A DNA stretch of 63,984 bases, filler included, from an uncultured Myxococcia bacterium (GTDB lineage Bacteria; CAZTWC01), in the NCBI GenBank assembly GCA_964617105.1. It is 3 parts of 3 records of this genome, joined end to end, with 100 filler letters (N's around TTAATTAATTAA, not from the genome) between each part and the next. Parts side by side here need not be neighbours in the genome. Positions count along the whole stretch, not along the records: positions 1 to 23,653 come from CAZTWC010000024.1; positions 23,754 to 47,357 come from CAZTWC010000025.1; 1 more part is not named here. One strand, written 5' to 3'. Below, piece after piece: positions 21,494-31,916 of this stretch. Under the pieces are notes generated by a model. It ran no database searches, was not told the DNA's origin, and saw nothing but the letters and a program-made list of their open reading frames with translations. A program made the position numbers and the translations under genes. The first letter of the stretch is position 1. Each line of letters opens with the position of its first letter.

Positions 21494-23101
21494 ATGCGAT
21501 TTCAATGTGAAAAATGTAATGCCAAATACAATATTGATGATGCTAAATTGACCGGCAAAACTGAAGTCAAGGTGCGTTGCAAAAAATGCAATAATATCAT
21601 TGCCTTACATCCAGAGCAACAGAAGCCTGCGGAGGACCTGTTTTCCATAGACTCCATAGATAATGAATTAGAAGACCAGGGAAAAGATCAAGAATTAAGC
21701 AACAATAAAAGTGTTTCCCGCTCCGCCATTGACAGGGCTTCTACCCGGCTTTTCGGTTCCGATACCATTGAGAAAATCAAACAGGAATTGGATGAGGAGA
21801 TGGGTAGTAAATTTGTTGAATCTGTCAAGGAAATTCAGGCGGGCCATAGGACTGAAGATAAAGAGCAGACCACATCCGCAGAAATAGATCGACAGGAAGA
21901 GAAATGGCATGTGGCTATTGGTGAAGAGCAAGTAGGACCTGTAAACATTGATACCATTGAAGAAATGTTGCAAAAAGGGGATTTAGACGAGCAATCTTTT
22001 GTATGGTGTTCAGGTTTTGATGATTGGCAAATATTTAAAGAGGTGGAAGAACTGAATTTCCTGTTGGAACCGGGCGAAGAAGATTCCGATGACCTTCAGC
22101 CAGAAAAAGGGATATCGGGAGATGAACTAAGTGGAAAAGAAGAAGAGGAAAAACCGGCAGACCAGGAACCGGAAACGCTGGAAGCAGATATCGGTTCTTT
22201 GTTGGCTGATGAGTTGACTAAGGATGAGGAAACTTTGGAAAAAAAGAGTGGCGAAGAACCCTTACCATTAAAAATGAAAGGGACAACCGATTTTGAAATC
22301 AAAACCTCTATCTCCAGGATTAGTCCTGCCGATTCGGGCAAACCGCCTGAGGCCAGAACTTCTTCTTTCACCCGCACTCTATTGATATCATTAGCCGTTA
22401 TTGCTGTTGCCATTATCTTGGCGACTGGGGTTTTCTTGCTGCCTTCCCTGCTGGATGAGCAAATGGATGACCAGAATATATCGGGTCAAAAAATAACTCA
22501 GGCGGACAACAAAAAGTCTCCAGAAGATTTAAAGGCAGTAAAAACGGAGGATATAAAGGGGGCCGCAGCGGTAGAATCAGAGACTCCGGTTACTGAAAAG
22601 AGCAAAGTCTGGAAAGCAAAAAAGAAGAAAATGGTTGTTCTCCCGAAACCAGTAAAGAGGAAGAGGAAAGTTACCGGCAGCAAGAAGTTACCTGCGCCAG
22701 ACAAGGTTAGCAACCGCCATAAAAAAGCCGGGCAACCGCAGAAAAAGATTATTATTATTGAGGAAAAACCGAAAAAAACCAGGCGCAAGCGTGGAACCAG
22801 GAAAAATGTGGTTACTCCAAAATCATTGAATTATGATCACATTAAATCGATTGTAAAAGGAAATCTCTATACCATCCAAAAATGTACCGAGTTGAATAAA
22901 CGTTCGACTCGTCCATTTTCCGGAACTATTATTATGTATTGGCTTATTCAGCCCCATGGCGGCGTTGATAATGTTACCACTGAAGATAAAAGCCTGGCGA
23001 AAACAACTCTGGGGCGATGCCTGATAAATGCTATTTCCAGGTGGCATTTCCGCCAATTTAACGGGCCGCCGATACCAATCAAGTTTCCCTTCAAATTTTA
23101 A
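21494..23101 (+). CDS. Zinc-ribbon/GYF_2/TM/AgmX-PglI-type C-terminal protein (GltJ/AgmX-like)
   Basis: CEKCNAKY..CKKC zinc ribbon; WHV..QVGP..VWCSGFDDW GYF_2; TM helix; C-terminal CL..I..W.F......IKFPFKF. Confidence 0.8.
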   Translation: MRFQCEKCNAKYNIDDAKLTGKTEVKVRCKKCNNIIALHPEQQKPAEDLFSIDSIDNELEDQGKDQELSNNKSVSRSAIDRASTRLFGSDTIEKIKQELDEEMGSKFVESVKEIQAGHRTEDKEQTTSAEIDRQEEKWHVAIGEEQVGPVNIDTIEEMLQKGDLDEQSFVWCSGFDDWQIFKEVEELNFLLEPGEEDSDDLQPEKGISGDELSGKEEEEKPADQEPETLEADIGSLLADELTKDEETLEKKSGEEPLPLKMKGTTDFEIKTSISRISPADSGKPPEARTSSFTRTLLISLAVIAVAIILATGVFLLPSLLDEQMDDQNISGQKITQADNKKSPEDLKAVKTEDIKGAAAVESETPVTEKSKVWKAKKKKMVVLPKPVKRKRKVTGSKKLPAPDKVSNRHKKAGQPQKKIIIIEEKPKKTRRKRGTRKNVVTPKSLNYDHIKSIVKGNLYTIQKCTELNKRSTRPFSGTIIMYWLIQPHGGVDNVTTEDKSLAKTTLGRCLINAISRWHFRQFNGPPIPIKFPFKF

Positions 23102-23107
23102 TTAGTT

Positions 23108-23653
23108 ATGAGCGGACCAGACAAAACCATATCCAGTTTGACGGTTAATTCCAGTTATAATGATCTGTTATCCTCTACAGGTCTTAACCTGTTGGAGATG
23201 ATCCGTTTGATTCTTAGAGGCGGTTCGGTAATTGATTGGCACCGGCTAAATTTTTCCAATAAGAGAGAGGTTGATAATTTTTTACGATTATTGGAATTGG
23301 AACCTGATTTCACTCGTGATATAGCCAGGATATTCAGATTGCAGAGAAATGCCTGCAAATACTTGGAAGAGGTGATGCAATGCGAGATCCCACCTCGGGT
23401 GAAGAATCCCACCCAGGTGCAGGATTTGTTTCTAATGGCTTCCAGGCAAAAAGAGCGGCACAATGCCCTGTTTTCATGTATGTTATTAAAGGTGATGCAT
23501 ATTATTTTCCACCTGGAAGTGAGGCAATTACTCCTTCTTCTTCCCATCAGCGATGTCCAGGTTACTGATTTAATAGAAAATAAGGTCAAGAAACAACTGG
23601 AGTCTGTGGTGGCCAGGGGAGTGCCGGTGGTAGAGATCTCTGGTGGTCGAAAA
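23108..23653 (+). CDS. TIGR04552-family protein, truncated by contig end
   Basis: LEMIRLILRGGSVIDWHRLNF and LLKVMHII motifs recognised from myxobacterial homologs. Confidence 0.7.
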
Positions 23654-23753
23654 NNNNNNNNNNNNNNNNNNNNNNNNNNNNNNNNNNNNNNNNNNNNTTA
23701 ATTAATTAANNNNNNNNNNNNNNNNNNNNNNNNNNNNNNNNNNNNNNNNNNNN
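23654..23753. other. Artificial contig linker (N-TTAATTAATTAA-N)
   Basis: 100-nt block with all-frame stop linker at 23698-23709. Confidence 0.97.
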
Positions 23754-24664
23754 TCGGACCGTTTGCCTCTACCGGGCCTATCACCCTTGCCTGAACGCTG
23801 ATCTCCACATGGTCCATCACACTTACAAGACCTATGCTCCCGGCTCGTTCTATCACCATTGCCTTTTCCCCCGACTGGAGTCACCTGGTCGTGGGCAAAC
23901 TCATGGACAGTACCATCCACTAGCACCTTTACCATTAGTTTTAATGTATCCAGATCTATCACTTTGCCCAGACCCTTAGGGGTATTAACTTTCTTGTGTC
24001 TTTTAGGTAATTTTTTCAAAAATTCCCGGTAAACATTTTCTTCGTAATTCAAACAGCATAGTAATCGTCCACATATTCCCGATATTCTCTGTTGGGTCAG
24101 AGCCATATTCTGATCCTTGGCCATTTTGATCGAAATTGGGGCAAAATTATCCAAAAAAGTCCAGCAACACAACGTTTTCCCGCAACTGCCGATACCGCCA
24201 ATCATTTTACACCCATCCCTGACTCCTATTTGGCACATCTCTATGCGTATTTTCAGTTCGTGGGCCAAATCTTTTACCAAATTCCGAAAATCGACTCTGC
24301 CTTCGGAAAAAAAGTAGAAAACCACTTTGTTACCAGCATGAATATACTCAACACTGACCAGTTTCATGGGTAATTTGTGCTGTTGGATCAATTGTTTACA
24401 AATCTGAGCAGCCCGTTCCTCCTTCTTTTCGTTCCGCTCCATGATTTTTCTATCGTTTGCATTGACATGCCGGATTACCCTTCTCAATTTCTCTTTTTTA
24501 TCCTTCTTCTCCTCTATTTCTATAGGATCACTGAGTACTCTGGCGATATTAGGTCCCTTCTCCCCTTCACCAACCACCATGTCTCCTTTTTGGGTCTTAC
24601 AGTTGGCACAATTTAATCGTTTTACTTTTCTGGTTTTTAAAAAATGAACTAAAATGCTTTCCAT
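23754..24664 (-). CDS. ricT: PSP1/RicT (YaaT) Fe-S complex subunit, 3' truncated
   Basis: RVDFRNLVKDL, QIGVRD, GSCGKTLCC, GICGRLLCCLNYE; downstream of holB. Confidence 0.9.
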
Positions 24665-24698
24665 TATTCTACTCTAACGTTAATAATCTTTAGTCTGC

Positions 24699-25739
24699 CT
24701 AGCCAGGCTTGACTTGTTGACCTACTTTTTCCGGGCCGGTCAACTTTCTGATCTGAATGAATAAATTTTCGCTTAAAAGCCGGCGGTTCAAATTATGCCG
24801 TAAAAACGGCGCTATATCTTCTATCCTGGCGTATAAATTGAGCAAATTCTTCAACTCGAGCGCCGGCGCTATTCGAGCCAGTTTTTCTTTTATATCACAA
24901 TTGATAATATTGTCCAATTGGCCAGTAGAAATAACCAGGATAATATCTCTTATAAACAGGCGTAAATAATTGAGCATCTCCTCCAATTTCTGCTGGTCAA
25001 ACTTTGCCGCTTCGACCCAGGAAAATAGTTTATCCATACTTTGCGGCTCTTTTAAGTTCATCAAATCCAAAGCAAACTCCAATATTCCCTGGCGAAATTC
25101 CATCTCCTCTGCCTGTAACAATTTTTCCGCCCTTCTAATGCTGCCGTTGGCTATTTTGCTAACCAATTGGATGGTATCCCTATCCCTATCCCTATCCGGA
25201 AATTTTTTCTCAAGAATACTCTCCAATTGCTCTGGCAATAAAAAATTAAAGCGGAGCAGACAACACCTGGAAACTATTGTACCCGGAAGCCGGCGATAGT
25301 TAGCGCAGATCAGAATAATAATATTGTTTGGGACTGGCTCCTCTAGAGTTTTGAGCAGAGCATTGGCAGCATAAATATTCATCAAATCGGCCTGGTTAAT
25401 AATAACCACCCGGTATTTGCCCTGGTAAGGTCTGGATAGCAATTTGACCGTGATATCCCGGATATGATCGATTTTAATCATATTTTTATGCGGAGAGATC
25501 TCCATCAAATCGGGGAAAAGACCGCGGGATATATGGTTGCAGTTGGCGCAGACCCCGCAGGCATCTCCGTCAAAATCCAAACAATTTAAGCCCAGGGCAA
25601 AAGCCCGGGCCAGGTTTATTTTTCCCACCCCTTCCGGTCCACTAAAAATAAAAGAGTGAGCTATCCTTTGATGGTTAATAATTCGCAGCAAATACTCTTT
25701 CTGCTCCTGATGTCCGGGTAACTTAGAAAAGTTTTCCAT
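24699..25739 (-). CDS. holB: DNA polymerase III delta-prime subunit
   Basis: GPEGVGK, CGVCANC, AANALLKTLEEP, TIVSRC. Confidence 0.93.
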   Translation of the reverse strand: MENFSKLPGHQEQKEYLLRIINHQRIAHSFIFSGPEGVGKINLARAFALGLNCLDFDGDACGVCANCNHISRGLFPDLMEISPHKNMIKIDHIRDITVKLLSRPYQGKYRVVIINQADLMNIYAANALLKTLEEPVPNNIIILICANYRRLPGTIVSRCCLLRFNFLLPEQLESILEKKFPDRDRDRDTIQLVSKIANGSIRRAEKLLQAEEMEFRQGILEFALDLMNLKEPQSMDKLFSWVEAAKFDQQKLEEMLNYLRLFIRDIILVISTGQLDNIINCDIKEKLARIAPALELKNLLNLYARIEDIAPFLRHNLNRRLLSENLFIQIRKLTGPEKVGQQVKPG

Positions 25740-26015
25740 TAAAAGTATCCTGGTGTCCAGATGGACAATGCTATGCAAAAAATCTTTGACATCAAATGGC
25801 AATGAGAGAGGAACATCTCAGTATTTGCTATATAACACGGAATAATATTCCCAGGCAATGCAATTTTTGCCCTATGCCATCCTATTTGGCCAGACAAAAT
25901 AATCTATGGTATTATCTGCGATGTCAGTATCTATCCTACACAACATAGCGATTTTTCACCACTATCTATCTTCACCAATATAAATTTATTTTAGTCTATT
26001 TATTATCTATACTAC

Positions 26016-26031
26016 TGGCATATAATTTGCA
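26016..26031 (+). promoter_or_regulatory. Sigma-54 (-24/-12) promoter
   Basis: TGGCATATAATTTGCA = GG-N10-GC, upstream of GGAGG RBS and ATG 26074. Confidence 0.7.
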
Positions 26032-26073
26032 ACTTATCTCATTGACAACACACTTTACCTGGAGGTCCATTTA

Positions 26074-26514
26074 ATGAGAGAGTTCAATTACCAGTTATCA
26101 ACCAATCTATCTTTTGAATCTATCAATCTTTCTCTACAAAGAAAAATGGGAGATATCTCTACCGATAGAAGTTACTTTGAATTTCTCTCCCATCGGGAGC
26201 ATGAAATGATTAACAAACTCACCTCCTTTCAGGGCGAACCTGGCATCCTGCTGGAAATAATCTACTCTGACCATAATTTGGCTGAACTGGTTATGGTGGA
26301 GGCAAATAAACTGAGAGAAAGCAATGATGATTGCCGCCAGGCGGGACAATTATCTACCCGATACAATATTCTGTCGGCTATAAATGAATTGGGTGATGAT
26401 AAAACCTACCAAATTTGTACTCGTTACTACTACAAAATATTTATTACGCGGATGTTACAATTTTTTGACCCTAAAAAGGGGAAAAGACTTCCCAGTTCAG
26501 TAGTGTTGCATTAA
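26074..26514 (+). CDS. Small protein resembling a degenerate N-terminal half of an HDOD domain
   Basis: LLEIIYSDHNLAELVMVEAN...ILSAINELG parallels HDOD 'I..DP.LA..VL..AN...I..AI..LG'; good RBS. Confidence 0.6.
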   Translation: MREFNYQLSTNLSFESINLSLQRKMGDISTDRSYFEFLSHREHEMINKLTSFQGEPGILLEIIYSDHNLAELVMVEANKLRESNDDCRQAGQLSTRYNILSAINELGDDKTYQICTRYYYKIFITRMLQFFDPKKGKRLPSSVVLH

Positions 26515-26540
26515 TTTTTATCTCAATTTTTATCCGGTAA

Positions 26541-28358
26541 TTAATCGGCTCTGGTAACCCTGAGCACCTCTTCACAGGTGGTTATACCGTTAAACATCTT
26601 TTGCAGGGCTCTCTGACGAAGTGACTGCACCCCCTCCTGTCTGGCTGTCTCTAAAATAGTGCCGGTATTAGCCCTCCCCTTGATTAAACCATTGATTTCG
26701 GTGCTTATGGGCAACACTTCAAAAACACCATCACGGCCATAATAACCGGTACCCCGACAATGAACGCACCCAACTCCCTTTTTGATTTTTTGGTTTTGAA
26801 GGTCGACTTTTCCGGGATCCAGTTTCAAGGCCTGTAATTGGCTGGTCGATATAGGCAACTCCTGCTCACATTCACAACATATTTTTCTTACCAACCGTTG
26901 AGCCATCACTCCAATCAGGCAGGAAGCCAATAGATAAGGTTTTACTCCCAACTCCAACATCCTGGAGATAGCGCCAGAGGCATCGTTGGTATGCAAAGTG
27001 CTTAGCACCAGATGCCCGGTGAGAGCCGCTTGCACCGCCAACTCAGCCGTTTCACCGTCCCTGATCTCTCCAACCATTACAATGTCAGGGTCTTGCCGTA
27101 ATACACTACGCAGAGTTTTGGCAAAAGTGAAGTTGATTTTAGTATCTACGGCAATTTGGTTCAACTGGGGATAAACCATCTCAATGGGATCTTCCAGGGT
27201 GACTATATTCACCTCATCAGTGGCCAAGGTATTGAGGGTGGAATAGAGGGTGGTAGTTTTGCCAGAACCGGTTGGACCGGTTATCAATATCATACCATAT
27301 GGGTTACTAATAAATTTCTCATAAATGAAATACTCAGAGGAAAAAAAACCGAGATCCAGCAACTCCTGCAAAAGAATATCTGGATTGAAAATGCGCATCA
27401 CCACTTTTTCACCAAAAGCCACCGGCACAGTGGAAACTCTCAACTCTATCTCCTCCCCCTCCCGGCTGGTTTTTATCCTGCCATCCTGGGGCCTTCTTTT
27501 TTCGGCTATATCAAGTCGAGAAAGAGTCTTGATCCGGGAGACCACCGCTTTGTGAACTATTCTGGGAAGACTATATATAGGGTGTAAAATACCGTCTACC
27601 CTAATCCTTACCAGGCTGAAATGGCGCTTAGGCTCAATGTGAATATCTGAAGCCCGCTGATCAAAGGCATAGTGCAAAAGATACTCCACAGCGTTTACTA
27701 CGTGGCTATCACTGGCATCTATTTCATCTGTCCGTTTGAGTTTTACAAATTGCTCCAGATTACCCAGGTCCATATCTTCGTTCAAATCACGTTCAGCGGC
27801 GTTTATTGAGGAACGAAATCCATAAAAATCACTGATTATTCGTAATATATCGGCCTTGGCGGTAAGCACTGGATTAATTTGCTGCCCGGTAATTCGCTGC
27901 ATATGCTCCACAATTTCCAGATCAAATGGATTTGCCATAGCCACCTGCAACTCCTCTCCCTCGGCCTTCAACGGGAGAATTGCGTGTCTGGAAGCAAAAG
28001 CCCTGGAGATAATATGGGTGGAAAATTCAGCATCCAGTTTGACTGGGTCCAATTTTTGATAAGGAAAGTCCAAACTTTTGGCTATTACCTCCATAATCTG
28101 ATCTTCTCCCAGGTAACGCTCATTTTTTCCTTGTAAAGGGATACGGGCATTGGCGATAATCTCGGGAGGATGGACTTCGTAAAAACTTTTCTTTCGTCCC
28201 TGGCCAGACCTGGCCAGGGAGACTCGAATCTCTGCTGCCAGGGCAGTCTGGCGTTTATGGATAAATTGGGTCTGTTCCTGGGTTAAAAGGTTTTCCTGGT
28301 AAAGTAACTCGCAAACATATTGCAGAGTAAAGTCATGTCTATATTTTGGTCTGTTCAT
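26541..28358 (-). CDS. GspE/PilB family secretion/pilus ATPase
   Basis: RASDIHIEP, GPTGSGKTTTLY, LRQDPD, TGHLVLSTLHTND, Zn-binding Cys pairs. Confidence 0.95.
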   Translation of the reverse strand: MNRPKYRHDFTLQYVCELLYQENLLTQEQTQFIHKRQTALAAEIRVSLARSGQGRKKSFYEVHPPEIIANARIPLQGKNERYLGEDQIMEVIAKSLDFPYQKLDPVKLDAEFSTHIISRAFASRHAILPLKAEGEELQVAMANPFDLEIVEHMQRITGQQINPVLTAKADILRIISDFYGFRSSINAAERDLNEDMDLGNLEQFVKLKRTDEIDASDSHVVNAVEYLLHYAFDQRASDIHIEPKRHFSLVRIRVDGILHPIYSLPRIVHKAVVSRIKTLSRLDIAEKRRPQDGRIKTSREGEEIELRVSTVPVAFGEKVVMRIFNPDILLQELLDLGFFSSEYFIYEKFISNPYGMILITGPTGSGKTTTLYSTLNTLATDEVNIVTLEDPIEMVYPQLNQIAVDTKINFTFAKTLRSVLRQDPDIVMVGEIRDGETAELAVQAALTGHLVLSTLHTNDASGAISRMLELGVKPYLLASCLIGVMAQRLVRKICCECEQELPISTSQLQALKLDPGKVDLQNQKIKKGVGCVHCRGTGYYGRDGVFEVLPISTEINGLIKGRANTGTILETARQEGVQSLRQRALQKMFNGITTCEEVLRVTRAD

Positions 28359-28367
28359 GGTTGGTCT

Positions 28368-28700
28368 TTACAGTAAAGAGGCTGCATCCTCTTCATTGTC
28401 GCATATCTCGAACAGAGAGATAAGGCCGGCGCTGTCGATGATATTTTGTATTAGGTAAGGCATACTGACCATAATCATTTTCCCACCATCATCCTGGGTT
28501 TCCTTGTTTATTTGAAGCAATTCTCTAATGCCCACTGAACTGATAAACTCCAATTCCGCCAGATTTAAGACAATTTTATTGAACTGGCGCTTGAAAAGAT
28601 CCTTTTTAATCTTCTTAAACTCCAGAGAACCCTCTATGGAAAATTCACCGCTTAACCCCAGATAGACAATGCCGCCTTCTATTTTAGTGGTAAAATTCAA
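28368..28700 (-). CDS. STAS domain anti-sigma factor antagonist
   Basis: VLNLAELEFISSVGI motif, 110 aa. Confidence 0.85.
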   Translation of the reverse strand: MNFTTKIEGGIVYLGLSGEFSIEGSLEFKKIKKDLFKRQFNKIVLNLAELEFISSVGIRELLQINKETQDDGGKMIMVSMPYLIQNIIDSAGLISLFEICDNEEDAASLL

Positions 28701-28736
28701 TATCTTCTCCTTAACAGATTAACAATTACAGTCCTA

Positions 28737-29597
28737 TTATGATTTCATTTCACTGGCAATGGGCAAATCGTCCAATTTTTTCGACACAACTAATTGGCGC
28801 CCCCGGTGGAAAAATTTGATCTTATCCATAAACAAATTCATCAAATAAATACCCCTGCCGCTGGGATGATTTATATCTTGAGGAAGTTTTCCCACCTGGT
28901 CACCCCTGAAATCAAAGCCCTGGCCTTCATCAGTAATTTGCAATTCAATTTGATCATTTTCTATCTTGACGTCAAACAAAATAAACTTGTGTGGGTCTTT
29001 ATGGTTGCCATGTTCATAGGCGTTGGCCAACCCCTCATGAACAGTAACAAAAAAATTGCCTAAATTATTACCCCTATAAAGATTCATTGACTTAGCCAAA
29101 TGCTTGATATAATTGGCGCAATCAGTTATTAACTCGGGACAATTGAGCAATTTGAAACGAATCAGAATTTGGTTTGCATTTATTAGTTCCCTGGTTTGGC
29201 GCATCTCCACCACCCTGGCAGCCTGGTCTTCCAGGATGTTTCGGATATTAACCTCAGAATATGGGTATTTTATCACCCCATTTATGCCCAGGTTTACAAA
29301 GCGAACAATCTCCTTTTTTTCTAAATTTTGATAGGAGAGAATTGTCAGTAAGTTTGGGTACAGATCCCGCAAATTTTTTATAAAAAAATAATCGTATTCG
29401 TTCCACTCATTGATATGAAAAACAAACAGATCAAAGTTTAATGCACCAATATTGGAGAATACCCGGTCTTTAGAATAAGCGGTAATGCAAAAATCGAACT
29501 GGGAGGAAACACATTTAACCGTAGACAAATTCTGGCCGGAAAAGTCTGTATGAACAATATAGATAGGTATGTTACTCTTAGCCACCTGTACTCTCAA
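28737..29597 (-). CDS. Degenerate receiver + RsbW-like HATPase (anti-sigma/Ser kinase)
   Basis: EGLANAYEHGN, ITDEGQGFD, GRGIYLM; N-terminus receiver-like without canonical acidic residues. Confidence 0.8.
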   Translation of the reverse strand: MRVQVAKSNIPIYIVHTDFSGQNLSTVKCVSSQFDFCITAYSKDRVFSNIGALNFDLFVFHINEWNEYDYFFIKNLRDLYPNLLTILSYQNLEKKEIVRFVNLGINGVIKYPYSEVNIRNILEDQAARVVEMRQTRELINANQILIRFKLLNCPELITDCANYIKHLAKSMNLYRGNNLGNFFVTVHEGLANAYEHGNHKDPHKFILFDVKIENDQIELQITDEGQGFDFRGDQVGKLPQDINHPSGRGIYLMNLFMDKIKFFHRGRQLVVSKKLDDLPIASEMKS

Positions 29598-29670
29598 TTT
29601 CTAAGATAAAAATAAACTTTATCATATTAACATAGGTTTTTAGGATAATCAACAACCCTGTTCAAATGGC

Positions 29671-30627
29671 CTATATGGGAGTCAACGTCTCCAAAAAAGT
29701 CTGTAATTGAGCGGGTAAAGAGGACTTGATTTCCACCGGTTGACCCGAATTTGGATGCTGAAATCTCAGACTATGGGCATGCAAAAATATGCGATCCAAT
29801 TTCTCTTTACCCACTTCTGGATCGTATAGAGGGTCACCCACCACCGGCGTGCCCAACTCCTGGGCCAGGTGCACCCTGATCTGGTGACGGCAGCCAGTAG
29901 CCAATTTTACCTGCAAAAGAGTATAGGCCCTATATAGTTGTTTTATGTGAAAAAAAGTTCTGGCCAAACGAAATCCCCTTTGGGAAGGAAGCCGGTCCCG
30001 GTAAGAGATAACCTGTTCCCGCTTACGGGGCGCCGGTCCCAGAAAAGTTTCCAACTCTCCTTCGTCCTCCTCTTTTACCAATCCCCGGGCCAGAGTCAAG
30101 TATTCCTTTTCTATCTGGTTGTTGCTGAACATATCTCGCAAATGACTATGGGCCACCTCGGTTTTTGCCGCCATTAACAGCCCAGAGGTGCAGTTGTCCA
30201 GCCGGTGCACCAAAGCCGGACAGAGAGGCTGGTTCCCAATGGATGCCAACTGAGGATATAGTGCTTTCAGCCCATTGACTACCGTGTTCCGCTGGTGAGG
30301 ATAAATGGGATGGCAGGGGATATTGGCCGGCTTATCAATTACTAAAAGATGCTCATCCTCCAACACCACTTTGACAGGAATATTAAAATTGGCTGATAAC
30401 TCCTGGTCCACCAGGGGCAAGTCGACCTCATCACCAGGCTTTAACCTCATCCCCTTGCGGGCCAGGCGATTATTGAGCCTAATAGCGCCCTGCCGCAGAT
30501 AGTAATTTATGGAATTACGGCTGAAATGGGGGCATAAATGTTGCATAAACTTATCCAGCCGCCACCCTTTCTCTTTTTCTCCCACCTTCACTAGTTGACT
30601 GGGAAGTTGTAAATATCTAGTGGACAT
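29671..30627 (-). CDS. RluA-family RNA pseudouridine synthase with S4 domain
   Basis: RLDKF, DKPA, VHRLDNCTSG, TGCRHQIRVHL, LHA. Confidence 0.92.
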   Translation of the reverse strand: MSTRYLQLPSQLVKVGEKEKGWRLDKFMQHLCPHFSRNSINYYLRQGAIRLNNRLARKGMRLKPGDEVDLPLVDQELSANFNIPVKVVLEDEHLLVIDKPANIPCHPIYPHQRNTVVNGLKALYPQLASIGNQPLCPALVHRLDNCTSGLLMAAKTEVAHSHLRDMFSNNQIEKEYLTLARGLVKEEDEGELETFLGPAPRKREQVISYRDRLPSQRGFRLARTFFHIKQLYRAYTLLQVKLATGCRHQIRVHLAQELGTPVVGDPLYDPEVGKEKLDRIFLHAHSLRFQHPNSGQPVEIKSSLPAQLQTFLETLTPI

Positions 30628-31912
30628 AACTTATAAAAAACTTTAGGTATCGTCCTTCGGGAAAATGGATATCCACTGGATGATCAGTTGCTTGACTGGA
30701 CATCTCTATAATCTGCATCTGCCTTCTAGCCATAACAGCGGCATCGTGCAGGCTCTTGGCAAACATATCAAAAGTCACCTGGGAAGAACAGGAGGCGGAA
30801 ACCAAAATACCTCCCGGTTTTAAAATGCGCAAAGACTGACAATTGAGATCCTTGTAGCCCCGAATAGCATTGAAAACATTCTTTTTACTGGTGGCATAGG
30901 GGGGAGGATCGAGAATAATCAGATCGTATTGCTGGTTTTGCTTGAATAAGATGCGCAAATATTCAAACACATCGCCGGTGATAAATTTATGCTCCTTGGA
31001 ATTTAGTCCATTGAGGCTAAAATTCTTGGCCGCCCAATCGTTGGCCTGGCGGGAAAGATCCAGACTAACTGTTTGCTTTGCCCCGCCTAAAGCAGCGTAT
31101 AACGAAAAAGCGCCGGTATAGGAAAAACAATTCAGTACCTTTTGCTGAGAACAATATTTTTGCATAATCAGCCGGTTATCACGATGGTCCAGATAGAGAC
31201 CGGTTTTTTGTCCTTGCTTCACATTGACGTAAAACTTGATACCGTTTTCCAGCACCACCAACTCTTCATCTGGTTTTTCTCCCCACACCACCTTGCCGCC
31301 AGGTTCATCCTGCAAAGCCAGAGTCCCGGTACTAACACCACCACGGACAGCGGTAGGCGGTTGGGCTGACCGCAGGACAACACTCTTTTCCACCACCCCT
31401 CTAAGGTTGGGGAATAGTTCCTTCAGAGCCTGACAAAATATCTTACGAAAGGGCCGCAAGGCCGAAGTATAGAGAAGCAATACCGCAAAATCTCCGTATA
31501 TATCGATTACCAGCCCGGGTAAATGATCATTTTCACCGTTCACCAAACGAAAGGCGGTATTTTTTTCCAGGTCAAGACAACGCTGTCGGAGAGCATAACT
31601 CCTTTTCAGAGAGGCCAGGCAAAAGGATAAATCCATATTCTCTTGGTAGGAACGGGTAAATGTTCTCACCGCAATGGGAGATTCTGGGTCATACAGTCCC
31701 CGGGCCACAAATTTTCCCGAAGGGTCGTATAGGTCCACCTGCTGACCGGCAGACAACTCTCTTTTTTCATACCCAATGATTCCTTTTTGATAAACCCAGG
31801 GATGCCCGGATTTTAAACGTTCGGAAACCTCATTGGTCAAATTCAGCCGTATCGATCTCCTTTTTTCCCGGCGCCAATTTTGATTTTGATCTGATTGATA
31901 ATTATTTTGCAT
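30617..31912 (-). CDS. rlmI: 23S rRNA m5C1962-type methyltransferase
   Basis: GHPWVY, GQKTGLYLDHR, CFSYTGAF, ILDPP, SCS. Confidence 0.88.
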   Translation of the reverse strand: MQNNYQSDQNQNWRREKRRSIRLNLTNEVSERLKSGHPWVYQKGIIGYEKRELSAGQQVDLYDPSGKFVARGLYDPESPIAVRTFTRSYQENMDLSFCLASLKRSYALRQRCLDLEKNTAFRLVNGENDHLPGLVIDIYGDFAVLLLYTSALRPFRKIFCQALKELFPNLRGVVEKSVVLRSAQPPTAVRGGVSTGTLALQDEPGGKVVWGEKPDEELVVLENGIKFYVNVKQGQKTGLYLDHRDNRLIMQKYCSQQKVLNCFSYTGAFSLYAALGGAKQTVSLDLSRQANDWAAKNFSLNGLNSKEHKFITGDVFEYLRILFKQNQQYDLIILDPPPYATSKKNVFNAIRGYKDLNCQSLRILKPGGILVSASCSSQVTFDMFAKSLHDAAVMARRQMQIIEMSSQATDHPVDIHFPEGRYLKFFISYVH

Positions 31913-31916
31913 GACT

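Noticed and set aside
23654-23753. TTAATTAATTAA palindrome between N-runs (also 47358-47457)
   Set aside because: Artificial contig linker; ORFs ending in it are truncated and no synteny can be inferred across it
25175-25197. (tatccc)n repeat in holB encoding DRDRDRD
   Set aside because: Short in-frame hexamer repeat; length changes would not shift the frame
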